Of a stretch of DNA of 64,000 nucleotides, positions 1 to 8,571 are shown in pieces. Made by a program: the position numbers and the translations under genes. Under the pieces are notes generated by a model, which made no database searches, was not told the origin of the DNA, and was given only the letters and a program-made list of their open reading frames with translations. The stretch spans positions 3,377-67,376 of the forward strand of contig FR898180.1 of the NCBI GenBank assembly GCA_000437395.1. The letters are read 5' to 3'. The DNA comes from Clostridium sp. CAG:288 (lineage in GTDB: Bacteria; Bacillota_I; Bacilli_A; RFN20; CAG-288). Every line of letters begins with the position of its first letter. Position 1 is the first letter of the stretch.

Positions 1-236
1 CAATAGAAATAACTGGATTAAAAGATCCTTCTTATATCTCAACTAAAGGCATTTCATTTAAAATAGTCGACAAAGAACTATTAAAAAAGACAAATGGAAT
101 AGTCAGTGGTATGTCTGGCTCTCCAATTGTCCAAGGCGATTATTTAATTGGTGCTGTAACTCATATAATTATCGATGATTGCGATAAAGGTTATGGAGTA
201 TATATTGAGCACATGTTTAAAATGTTAGAAGAGTAA
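1..236 (+). CDS. spoIVB: 3' end of stage IV sporulation protein B (SpoIVB, S55 serine peptidase); 5' part lies outside the window
   Basis: Frame from position 3 reads ...NGIVSGMSGSPIVQGDYLIGAVTHIIIDDCDKGYGVYIEHMFKMLEE*, with TAA at 234-236. The GMSGSPI..GAVTH..GYGV..IE.M block matches the SpoIVB C-terminus as I recall it from B. subtilis. Confidence 0.6.
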   Translation, partial: IEITGLKDPSYISTKGISFKIVDKELLKKTNGIVSGMSGSPIVQGDYLIGAVTHIIIDDCDKGYGVYIEHMFKMLEE

Positions 237-238
237 TA

Positions 239-982
239 TTAATCGAAATCTTTTAACAAAATAGTATAAAAAGTACCTTTTGCTTCATTTTTTAACACTT
301 CGAGTTCTTTATTTTCTTGATTACGACACTTTCTTATTAAGGCTAAAGTGTAATAATAATTTAAATAGTATATTTTGTTGTCATTAATATATGATTTCAT
401 GTATTCGAGCATCTCTTTTTCGTGGTTAAAATCAACGAATCCATCGCGTAAATCAAATATAAATCTATCACTATCAATATCATTTTTAAGTTCAACGGGA
501 AAGTTAGTCATGTTTTCATGCATGAAATTAATTACGTTTTCATACTTTTCTTTATCATTAACAATAAAATAGTAGTCTTTTTTAAGTGCTAAGTAAGTAA
601 GCATCATCTGCTTAGTTTTTAAATCGTACATCTCAACCTGATCAATCCATTTATTAAACTCTTTTAAGTTTCCTTTAATTAAATGATAGCTTGCAATATT
701 TAATTTAGATTGAGTTAAATCATTTTTACTAACAAGAATGTTATGCATTACTTTGTACGAATTTTTACGAGCTTTATCTAATCTTTTAAAAGTTAATAAA
801 TCATTTGTGCTTTTTTTAAGCCTTATTTTCATAACTAAATCGTTAATGACAATAGGAGTTACGGTAGCAAGCAAAATAGCTAACATTATTAATAAGCCTA
901 ATGTGTTAGCAAATCTTCCTACTACAACTATTAAAATTATTGCTGCGTATGCAGTCAAAAGGGCAATCATCACTTTTTTCAT
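239..982 (-). CDS. hypothetical membrane protein (two N-terminal TM helices, then a soluble alpha-helical domain)
   Basis: 247-aa ORF with hydrophobic N-terminus MKKVMIALLTAYAAIILIVVVG...LLIMLAILLATV. No recognisable motif and no clear RBS before the first ATG, so the start is uncertain. Confidence 0.4.
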   Translation of the reverse strand: MKKVMIALLTAYAAIILIVVVGRFANTLGLLIMLAILLATVTPIVINDLVMKIRLKKSTNDLLTFKRLDKARKNSYKVMHNILVSKNDLTQSKLNIASYHLIKGNLKEFNKWIDQVEMYDLKTKQMMLTYLALKKDYYFIVNDKEKYENVINFMHENMTNFPVELKNDIDSDRFIFDLRDGFVDFNHEKEMLEYMKSYINDNKIYYLNYYYTLALIRKCRNQENKELEVLKNEAKGTFYTILLKDFD

Positions 983-1013
983 ATCGCTAATTATGTTATC
1001 ATTTGTAAGAGAA

Positions 1014-2243
1014 ATGGTAAAGAAAATGACTAAGAAAATTGTTCATATTGATTTAAATGCTTTTTTTGCCCAATGTGAAATAAACAAAGATAAATCATTA
1101 TTGGGAAAACCAATAGCTATAGGCTCAAATGGTAAAAGGGGAGTTGTCTCAACATCAAGTTATGAGGCAAGACGTTTTGGCGTATATTCAGGCCAATCCA
1201 TGGCTGAAGCTAGATCTTTATGCAAAAATTTAATAGTTATTCCAGGTGATTACCATCTTTATTCGAAAGAAAGTTATAACTTCTTTTCGTATTTAAAGAA
1301 AAGATATAAGCTGATTGAACAGGCTTCTATTGATGAGTGCTATATTGATATGACTGATTGTATACCAGATGATATTACGGAAAGAGATTATCTATTAGAT
1401 CTACAGCTCTCTTTGTATAAGTATACAAATTTAAAGTGCTCTATAGGTTTGGGCGACAATAGATTTTTAGCTAAGATGGCTTCAGATTATCAAAAGCCGT
1501 TAGGATTAACTATAATTCATAGAGAAAACATCGAAGAAATACTTTGGCCAATAAAGATATCTAACATGTTTGGCATTGGAAAAAAGACTGCTCCTAAGCT
1601 TGAAAAATTAGGAATTAAAACAATTGGAGATTTAGCTAAAACAAATTCTAGTGAAGTAAAATCGCTTTTAGGCAGTTATTTTGATTCTGCTAAAGCGCAT
1701 GCAAATGGTTATGGAGATGATATTGTCGATCCTTCACCATTTGATCCTAAATCAGTCGGGTCAAGTAGAACTTTTTTAGATGATACTACTGATTATGATG
1801 AAGTAAAAAACATGATTATATATTTATCTAAGGAAGTTTCTAACGAATTGAAAAAGTATCATAAGCTTTCTTCAACTTGCTCACTAACTATTAGAAATCA
1901 AGATTTTGTAACCCATTCTAAACAATTAACTCTAACAATGCCAACAAATGATAATGTTGTTATAGCTCAAACAGCATTAATTATTTTAGATAGATTTTGG
2001 AAACAAGAACCATTAAGATTAGTTGGTGTCGCTATGCTCCAAGTTTTTGATGAAAAGGAAGGGTATAGACAAATGGAATTATTTTCAAAAGAAAATATTG
2101 TTAAACCTTTAATCGATTCAAATGAAACAGTTGAAAATCTCTTATTAGAAGGTAAATTAAAAAAGGCATCATCAGTAAAAAAGGATAAAAAGAACAATGA
2201 CAAAAATCCTTCATATAAACCTTTTGTGGGGTTAGAAGAATGA
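1014..2243 (+). CDS. dinB: DNA polymerase IV (Y-family, DinB)
   Basis: IVHIDLNAFFAQCE...SYEARRFGV...IDECYIDMTD...GIGKKTAPKLEKLGIKTIGDL are Y-family polymerase motifs. The ORF-track start at 738 overlaps the divergent gene, so an internal ATG at 1014 (or 1026, MTKKIVHIDL) is more plausible. There is a Lys-rich C-terminal tail. Confidence 0.85.
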   Translation: MVKKMTKKIVHIDLNAFFAQCEINKDKSLLGKPIAIGSNGKRGVVSTSSYEARRFGVYSGQSMAEARSLCKNLIVIPGDYHLYSKESYNFFSYLKKRYKLIEQASIDECYIDMTDCIPDDITERDYLLDLQLSLYKYTNLKCSIGLGDNRFLAKMASDYQKPLGLTIIHRENIEEILWPIKISNMFGIGKKTAPKLEKLGIKTIGDLAKTNSSEVKSLLGSYFDSAKAHANGYGDDIVDPSPFDPKSVGSSRTFLDDTTDYDEVKNMIIYLSKEVSNELKKYHKLSSTCSLTIRNQDFVTHSKQLTLTMPTNDNVVIAQTALIILDRFWKQEPLRLVGVAMLQVFDEKEGYRQMELFSKENIVKPLIDSNETVENLLLEGKLKKASSVKKDKKNNDKNPSYKPFVGLEE

Positions 2244-3118
2244 AAATAAGTGAAGTAAAAGATCAATTTTATACATTTTTAATTGTTGAGCGTGGCGATC
2301 TGGATTCGACAATTACAACATATGAAGATGATATTAATCAATTTGAACTATTTGTTGATAACAAAGATATTTCTGAATTAAAAAGAGAAGATATAGAAGA
2401 TTTTATGCGCTTCTTATCGGCTGAAGGGATGAAAAGTGCTACAATAATTAGAAGGATAACTACAATTCGTGGCTTCTACTTATTCTTAGCTAGAGAAGGC
2501 CTAATCAAAGAATCTTTGATAGGCTTAAGACTTCCAAAAGGAGAAAAGAAACTTCCAAACGTTTTATCTTTTGAAGAAGTTGAAGACCTATTAGATGCTC
2601 CAGACATTGAAAATGATTCAGAATTAAGAGATAAAGCTATGCTTGAAACTATGTATGCATCAGGTTTAAGAGTATCAGAACTACTAAGCTTACAGTTAGG
2701 AAATATAAATTTTAACGAAGGATATTTAAAGATAAAGGGTAAAGGTAGCAAAGAAAGAATTGTACCAATTGGTGAATTTGCTTTAGACTTTATCAATAGA
2801 TATGTAACTTTAGTTAGACCAAAATATGCTAAAAATAGAACTAAATATCTCTTTCTTAATCGAGATGGAGCACCGATATCGAGACAATATTTTTGGAGGC
2901 AAATTAAAAAGTACGCTTTAAAGGCAAATATAGATAGGGAAATATCACCACATACCCTTAGGCATTCGTTTGCTACGCATCTGTTAGAAAACGGAGCTAA
3001 TTTGAAGGAAGTACAAGAAATGCTTGGACACACTAAAATTGAAACAACACAAATTTATACTCATGTTTCGACTAAAAGAATTATTTCAGCTTATGATAAG
3101 TTTATGAATAGAAATTAA
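2240..3118 (+). CDS. xerD: site-specific tyrosine recombinase XerD (RipX-like)
   Basis: C-terminal RHSFATHLLENGANLKEVQEMLGHTKIETTQIYTHV carries the R...H..R...Y catalytic signature. It lies next to deoB, as ripX does next to drm in B. subtilis. The 4-nt overlap with the dinB stop suggests co-transcription. Confidence 0.8.
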   Translation: MKISEVKDQFYTFLIVERGDLDSTITTYEDDINQFELFVDNKDISELKREDIEDFMRFLSAEGMKSATIIRRITTIRGFYLFLAREGLIKESLIGLRLPKGEKKLPNVLSFEEVEDLLDAPDIENDSELRDKAMLETMYASGLRVSELLSLQLGNINFNEGYLKIKGKGSKERIVPIGEFALDFINRYVTLVRPKYAKNRTKYLFLNRDGAPISRQYFWRQIKKYALKANIDREISPHTLRHSFATHLLENGANLKEVQEMLGHTKIETTQIYTHVSTKRIISAYDKFMNRN

Positions 3119-3131
3119 AGGAGAAAAACAA

Positions 3132-3986
3132 ATGATTATTCTAACAATATTATTAGTTATATTACTTATTATTGTAGTTTTGGCAGCTTTGATCTTTGGA
3201 GGAACGTTCGCTTTTGTTTACTTTAGATATGATGTAAACATATTTAATATTTTAAGTGACATAGATAAGCTTAACAAAACTGTTGATGTAGAAAAGCTAA
3301 CTCCAAATGCTTTTGATGAAAGTGATTATATTTCAATAAAAAACAATGCTGCTAGTTCAACCTCAGGATTTTTAACATATGATCCAGACAATGGCTTTTC
3401 AATCGATATTACAAAGCTTCCAACAAGCCTAAATACTTATGTTTCATTAAGCGATAAACAAGTAGGCGCATATGCAGATAAAGAAATAAAGAATAATGGC
3501 GATAATCAATTTAAAATTCTTGACTTTACACTTACATATGAACTTTTGCAAATAGAGTTTGAAAATAAAGAAGATCTTACAACTATAAACACAGTAGCAA
3601 AAATCGATTTAACTGATGTTAAAAGCAAAGATAATAAGGGAATTGATTTGTTGGTTTACTTTATACCTGATGTTTTATATATTTCTTCCTATGTTGATAT
3701 AACAAAGACTGGCAGTAATATGGAATATAACCTCACTTCAAATAGTCTTTTGTTTAACAATTTGACAAATAAGCAAACTGCAGAGTTATTAGATGCAATT
3801 AGTGCATTTACCAAAGAAGACTTTTCAGCTGAATATTTTAATTTAGAAATAGGAAGGGCAATCTGTAGTTCATTAATCGGTGATGAGACAAATGAAGGTT
3901 TAGCTTATAGACTAAAAAATTATGGAGCCAAAGACTTTAGATTTGTTACAGAAAACGACACTAATTATTTCGAAGTATATAGATAG
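3132..3986 (+). CDS. hypothetical membrane-anchored (N-terminal TM) extracytoplasmic protein
   Basis: N-terminal MIILTILLVILLIIVVLAALIFGG is a signal anchor. The rest is Asn/Thr/Asp-rich with no recognisable catalytic motif. Confidence 0.5.
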   Translation: MIILTILLVILLIIVVLAALIFGGTFAFVYFRYDVNIFNILSDIDKLNKTVDVEKLTPNAFDESDYISIKNNAASSTSGFLTYDPDNGFSIDITKLPTSLNTYVSLSDKQVGAYADKEIKNNGDNQFKILDFTLTYELLQIEFENKEDLTTINTVAKIDLTDVKSKDNKGIDLLVYFIPDVLYISSYVDITKTGSNMEYNLTSNSLLFNNLTNKQTAELLDAISAFTKEDFSAEYFNLEIGRAICSSLIGDETNEGLAYRLKNYGAKDFRFVTENDTNYFEVYR

Positions 3987-4060
3987 ATAATAATAATCGT
4001 TTTAATTGAGAAATTTTAATCTTAAAAGTATAATTACTGATGGAAAAGGAGCAAATAATT

Positions 4061-5251
4061 ATGAAATATAAGAGAATATTCGTTATTGTAATGGACTCAG
4101 CTGGAATCGGTGCTTTGCCTGATGCTGATAAATTTGGTGATGCGGGTACAAATACATGGGTTCATATATCCGAAAGAAATGGTGGTTTAAACGTTCCTAC
4201 ACTCAATAGTCTTGGTATAGGTGATTTAGCACCTATTATTGGTACAACAAAAGTGAGTCATCCAAACTCAATCGTTACAACTTTAAGAGAAGCTAGCAAC
4301 GGCAAAGATACTATGACCGGTCACTGGGAAATGATGGGTATAAAAACTGAAAAGCCATTTAAGACATTCACAGATACTGGCTTTCCAAAAGAATTAATGG
4401 ATGAATTGAGCGAAAAAACAGGCCGTAAATTAATTGGAAATAAAGCAGCTAGCGGCACTGAAATATTAGTAGAATTAGGTGAACAACAAATGAAAGAAGG
4501 TTCATTAATTGTTTATACTTCTGCTGATTCAGTCTTACAAATTGCCGCTCATGAAGAGGTAATACCTGTTCCTGAGCTATATAAATATTGCGAAATAGCT
4601 AGAGAAATCTGCAATAGACCTGAATATAGATTAGGTAGAATTATCGCTCGTCCGTTCATTGGAACTGATAAAACTAACTTTAAGAGAACACCTAATAGAC
4701 ACGATTTAGCTTTGTCTCCAACAGGTAGAACAGCAATGGACGATCTTAAAGATGCTGGATATGAAACATCATGTGTTGGAAAAATATCAGATATCTTTAA
4801 TAATGTCGGTGTCACAAGAACTGTAAAAACTGTTTCTAACTCTGACGGCATGCAAAAGACCTTGAATCAAGTTAAAAATTTAGACTTTACAGGACTTTGC
4901 TTTGTTAACTTAGTCGAATTTGACAGCGAATATGGTCATAGAAGAAACCCATTAGGTTATGCTAAAGCTATCGAGACATTTGATTCTGAGCTTGCAACTA
5001 TGATTAAAGAAATGAAAGATAATGACTTAGTCATTGTTACTGCTGATCACGGAAATGATCCAACATGGACAGGAACCGATCACACTCGTGAAAGAGTACC
5101 ATTTATCGCTTATTCAAAGTCAATCACTAATGGTACACATATACAAGAAAGGGAAACATTTGCTGATATAGGTGCAACAATTTTAGCTAATTTCAACGTC
5201 AAACCATCTGAAAATGAAATTGGAACTCCAATTGAGGAACTTTTAAAGTAG
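4061..5251 (+). CDS. deoB: phosphopentomutase
   Basis: MKYKRIFVIVMDSAGIGALPDADKFGDAGTNT...VTADHGNDPT is a strong DeoB signature. The start was moved to the internal ATG at 4061, which has AAAGGAG 8 nt upstream. Confidence 0.9.
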   Translation: MKYKRIFVIVMDSAGIGALPDADKFGDAGTNTWVHISERNGGLNVPTLNSLGIGDLAPIIGTTKVSHPNSIVTTLREASNGKDTMTGHWEMMGIKTEKPFKTFTDTGFPKELMDELSEKTGRKLIGNKAASGTEILVELGEQQMKEGSLIVYTSADSVLQIAAHEEVIPVPELYKYCEIAREICNRPEYRLGRIIARPFIGTDKTNFKRTPNRHDLALSPTGRTAMDDLKDAGYETSCVGKISDIFNNVGVTRTVKTVSNSDGMQKTLNQVKNLDFTGLCFVNLVEFDSEYGHRRNPLGYAKAIETFDSELATMIKEMKDNDLVIVTADHGNDPTWTGTDHTRERVPFIAYSKSITNGTHIQERETFADIGATILANFNVKPSENEIGTPIEELLK

Positions 5252-5257
5252 TTTTAT

Positions 5258-6238
5258 ATGAAAAAAAGTTTTTTAACAAGTATTATAACATTATCAGTTT
5301 TGACGACATCATGCGCATCAAACACTTCAAAAGAATTAAGTTTTAAAGTAATTTCTCCAATTGGAGCTCCAAGCGTCGCTTTTGCTAAATATGCTAAAGA
5401 CACAACAAACGTAGAAATTGCTGCTCAACCAACCGCTGTAAGAGCTCAATTAGTAAATCCTAATGAAGAATACAAAGCTGTCATTTTTGATGCTACAACG
5501 GGCTTAAATTTAATTAATAAAACAAATCCAGACAATCCAGGCTATAAACTTGCAAGAATTATTACAGCTGGAAACCTATTTGTCTTATCAACTGGTACAA
5601 AAGATAGCTCACACGTTATGTCAGACGACGACACAATATTATCGTTTGGTCAAAACAACATTCCAGATAAAGTATTTAAACTTATATATTCCGATATTAC
5701 ACCTGATTATTATGCTAATGGCGTTGCACAAGTCGCTGCAGCTTTAAAAACAGGCCAATACGAAGGAAATACTATCGATTATGTAGTTTTATCTGAACCA
5801 TATGTCAGTCAAGTATTAAATGAAAATAGTTCTGTAACAGTTTATGCAAACGTCACATCTCAATTCAACGCTTATGCAAATAAAAGAGGCTACAATCTTA
5901 ACGGATTCCCACAAGCCGGTTTATTTATAGCTCAATCGTACGAAACAGATACATATAAAAAGGATGTAGAGGCATTCATAAGTACTGTCGATAATACTAT
6001 GAGTGATTTAACAAAGAAAGGTAGTTCGACTGTTAAGGACATGGACAACTTTAGCTCTGACGCGACAGAACAAGCAAGTAGATTCGGTATGAATTCAGAA
6101 ACATTACGCAGTCTTGTAGCTGATAATAATAGATTAGGATACAAAGCAGGGTATTATGATTTGGAGTCATTCTATAAATTGCTTAATTTAGACGCACCAC
6201 AAGCTAATGCTTATTCAAGATATTGGATTATCAAATAA
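5258..6238 (+). CDS. lipoprotein, probable ABC-type substrate-binding protein
   Basis: MKKSFLTSIITLSVLTTSCAS is a lipobox. It starts 6 nt after the deoB stop and sits immediately upstream of an ABC permease. Substrate unknown. Confidence 0.55.
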   Translation: MKKSFLTSIITLSVLTTSCASNTSKELSFKVISPIGAPSVAFAKYAKDTTNVEIAAQPTAVRAQLVNPNEEYKAVIFDATTGLNLINKTNPDNPGYKLARIITAGNLFVLSTGTKDSSHVMSDDDTILSFGQNNIPDKVFKLIYSDITPDYYANGVAQVAAALKTGQYEGNTIDYVVLSEPYVSQVLNENSSVTVYANVTSQFNAYANKRGYNLNGFPQAGLFIAQSYETDTYKKDVEAFISTVDNTMSDLTKKGSSTVKDMDNFSSDATEQASRFGMNSETLRSLVADNNRLGYKAGYYDLESFYKLLNLDAPQANAYSRYWIIK

Positions 6239-6246
6239 ACACTTTT

Positions 6247-6290
6247 AAGGCTTTAAAGGCTATTTATGTAGTTAATAAAGCCTTTTTATT
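6247..6290 (+). terminator. hairpin plus T-tract between the lipoprotein and permease genes (possible partial intra-operon terminator)
   Basis: aaggcttt (6247-6254) pairs with aaagcctt (6277-6284), followed by ttttt. The loop is large, so this is weakly supported. Confidence 0.35.
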
Positions 6291-6326
6291 ATGCTTTAAT
6301 AAATTTGCATGATATAATTAGTTGCT

Positions 6327-7148
6327 ATGAAATTATTTAAAGAAAGAATTAATAAGTTTAAGAGAATTCATCCGCTAGTATTTAACATTTTATGGAAAGG
6401 GTCAGCCTTATTAATTGGATTAGTATTATTCTTCGGTCTTTGGAGTATTATATCAAGAGCTATTTCTTCAACAATTCTTCCAGGACCGATTACAACGCTT
6501 AAAACTATCTTCAAATTATTAGGGAAATCAGCTACATATAAAGTGTTAGGATATACAATTGGAAGAATAGCATTAGCTTTATTTACTGCTACTATTATAG
6601 GTGTGTTTCTTGGGTCTTTAGCCGGTTATTATCAGTTTGTAGAATATGTTCTTAAACCAATTGTCATTGTCTTAAGATCTTTTCCGAGTGTAGCCTTGAT
6701 GCTTATATTAATCATATTTACCAAAAATGCTAGTTTCTATCTTGTATGTATAGTGTTATTCCCAATAATATATGAATCTACTCTTAGAGGAGTTGGGGAA
6801 ATTAAAAGCGAATATCAAAGCATATTAAAGCTCGATGGACAAGATAGTATTGTAAATATTCCTAAAGTGGCTTTACCATTAGCAACAGATTATATTCTAA
6901 TTGGAATATTTCAATCCCTTGGATTAGGACTTAAAGTTCAAATAATGGGAGAATCGTTGATGGGTTCAACCACATTTGTTGGCTTAGGGATAGAAATATA
7001 TAAAGCCTATTTAAATTTAGATATGGATGTCGTCTTTGCATATAGTATATTAGCCATTACATTAATAATGATTGCTGATTTATTAACATTAGTTCTTAAA
7101 AGAAAGCTTAAGCAACGCTTACTTGAACAAGGGAAAGCAAAAGCTTAG
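6327..7148 (+). CDS. ABC transporter permease (NitT/TauT-like binding-protein-dependent inner-membrane component)
   Basis: Six predicted TM segments and an EAA-like loop, ESTLRGVGEIKSEYQSILKLDGQDSIVNIPKVALPLATDYI. No ATPase gene is adjacent. Confidence 0.6.
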   Translation: MKLFKERINKFKRIHPLVFNILWKGSALLIGLVLFFGLWSIISRAISSTILPGPITTLKTIFKLLGKSATYKVLGYTIGRIALALFTATIIGVFLGSLAGYYQFVEYVLKPIVIVLRSFPSVALMLILIIFTKNASFYLVCIVLFPIIYESTLRGVGEIKSEYQSILKLDGQDSIVNIPKVALPLATDYILIGIFQSLGLGLKVQIMGESLMGSTTFVGLGIEIYKAYLNLDMDVVFAYSILAITLIMIADLLTLVLKRKLKQRLLEQGKAKA

Positions 7149-7229
7149 GCTTTTTGCTTGAAATAGATAAAAAAAGGTATATTAGTAGATATTTAGTAGA
7201 TATATAGTAGTAAACAAGTTAATTATATC

Positions 7230-7293
7230 TGTGGATAACTAGTCAGAAATTATCCACAATACGATAAATGCTTAATTTCTTGAATGTGGAAAA
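7230..7293. promoter_or_regulatory. cluster of DnaA-box sequences: an inverted pair of perfect 9-mers plus one single-mismatch box
   Basis: TGTGGATAA at 7230-7238 and TTATCCACA at 7250-7258 are perfect DnaA-box consensus in inverted orientation with an 11-nt spacer. TGTGGAAAA at 7285-7293 has one mismatch. The cluster lies in a 330-nt gap between two convergent gene ends. Confidence 0.4.
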
Positions 7294-7437
7294 ACCTAGT
7301 GTTTATCGCATTATTTTATATATTAGTTTACATAATAGTGATTATGCGAAGTTGTAATAAAAGTATAAAATTAACATTTTTTGCTCTTTTTTAACGTGTT
7401 TTGTCCAATAAAAGCTATTTATATGTATATTTGTATT

Positions 7438-7459
7438 AAAAAACACCTCATAAGAGGTG
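7438..7459 (-). terminator. rho-independent terminator of mtnN
   Basis: cacctc-ataa-gaggtg hairpin at 7444-7459 is preceded on the plus strand by aaaaaa, which is the U-tract on the minus transcript. It lies about 20 nt past the mtnN stop. Confidence 0.6.
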
Positions 7460-7480
7460 TAAATAGTTATTAGTTATTTA

Positions 7481-8164
7481 TTAATCAATTAGTTCTAACA
7501 AAACGTCTACAGCATTTTGACAGCACTTAGTAACTAGTTCTTCATGTTCTAATTCATTAGCTTCATTATTGACTGAATCAGATATAGCTCTTATAAGAGT
7601 ATATGGCTTATTAAGTCTATAAGCACATTGACCAAAAGCTGCGCCTTCCATATCAATACATAATGGATCATTAAATTTATTAAGCTTGTCTTTATCAATA
7701 AGAGCAACAGTCATAAAGGATTCAACAGTTAAATTTAATCCATAATGAATTTTAAATCCAGTACGATCTTTAAGTTTAATGTTAGCTGTTGCAGTTTCAA
7801 ATGTTGCTGGACAACCACACATTTGACCATACTTGTAGCCAAATCTAGTTATATCTACATCATAGTAGGCACTTGCTGTAGCTAATACGACATCTAAAGG
7901 CTTTAATTTATTTGATAAAGCTCCAGCACTACCTAAATTTATTATCTCTTTTATATCTAATGAAGCAGCCAATATTCCTAAATCAAGAGCTGTGTTTACC
8001 CTGCCTACTTTAGACTCATAAGCAAAAACCAAACCTTTCTTTTTACTTATAAAAGTATATCCGCTAATGCCATTTATTGTTTTAGGCTCTAATCGTTCGT
8101 TTAAAGCCATTTTAAGAGCTTTAAACTCACTTTCCATAGGAATAGCTAATAAAACAGCTTCCAT
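7481..8164 (-). CDS. mtnN: 5'-methylthioadenosine/S-adenosylhomocysteine nucleosidase
   Basis: LGSAGAL and CIDMEGAA motifs of the MTA/SAH nucleosidase (Pfs) family; 227 aa. Confidence 0.85.
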   Translation of the reverse strand: MEAVLLAIPMESEFKALKMALNERLEPKTINGISGYTFISKKKGLVFAYESKVGRVNTALDLGILAASLDIKEIINLGSAGALSNKLKPLDVVLATASAYYDVDITRFGYKYGQMCGCPATFETATANIKLKDRTGFKIHYGLNLTVESFMTVALIDKDKLNKFNDPLCIDMEGAAFGQCAYRLNKPYTLIRAISDSVNNEANELEHEELVTKCCQNAVDVLLELID

Positions 8165-8571
8165 TAATCTAAGTCCTCAAAACGATCATCTATATGTTTG
8201 ACATATGGCTTTTCAATTACTTCAACGTTGTCTTTTTCTGTTAATTCTTCTTTGTCGCACTTAGCTATAATACTATCGAATTTAATTCTTTCCCTTTCGT
8301 TTAATTCGAATAAATGTACGACAACTTCATAACAGTCGACGACAATCCATTTTGAACCGTTTCTACCCTCAACGTGATTAACTGGGTGGTTTAACTCTTT
8401 CAAAACTTCTAAACAAGCTTCTTTTAAGCCATTTAATTGTCTATCGCTTCTAGCGCCTGCAACGACGTAAGCTTCAGTTAATGGAGTTATATTTCTTACG
8501 TCTGCTATAACTACCCCATCAGCTTTCATGTCGGCTAATTTTTTTCCTAATTTTTTTGCTAATTCGTTCAT
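8164..8571 (-). CDS. rsfS: ribosomal silencing factor RsfS (Iojap/YqeL)
   Basis: DGVVIADVRNITPLTEAYVVAGARSDRQ...KWIVVDCYEVVVHLF fits RsfS. Its position after nadD/yqeK matches B. subtilis yqeL. It has a C-terminal extension of about 30 aa. Confidence 0.85.
   Translation of the reverse strand: MNELAKKLGKKLADMKADGVVIADVRNITPLTEAYVVAGARSDRQLNGLKEACLEVLKELNHPVNHVEGRNGSKWIVVDCYEVVVHLFELNERERIKFDSIIAKCDKEELTEKDNVEVIEKPYVKHIDDRFEDLD

Noticed and set aside
2476-3033. Antisense and alternative-frame ORFs from the track (examples: 2476-3033, 28677-29273, 33204-33617, 41403-41982, 1967-2266)
   Set aside because: All lie inside strongly supported conserved genes and have low-complexity translations and no RBS. 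They are chance ORFs typical of AT-rich DNA.
7268-7357. 29-codon ORF next to the DnaA boxes as an sda-like checkpoint gene
   Set aside because: No RBS, no similarity to Sda as I recall it, and AT-rich sequence yields such ORFs by chance. It is mentioned only inside the DnaA-box finding.
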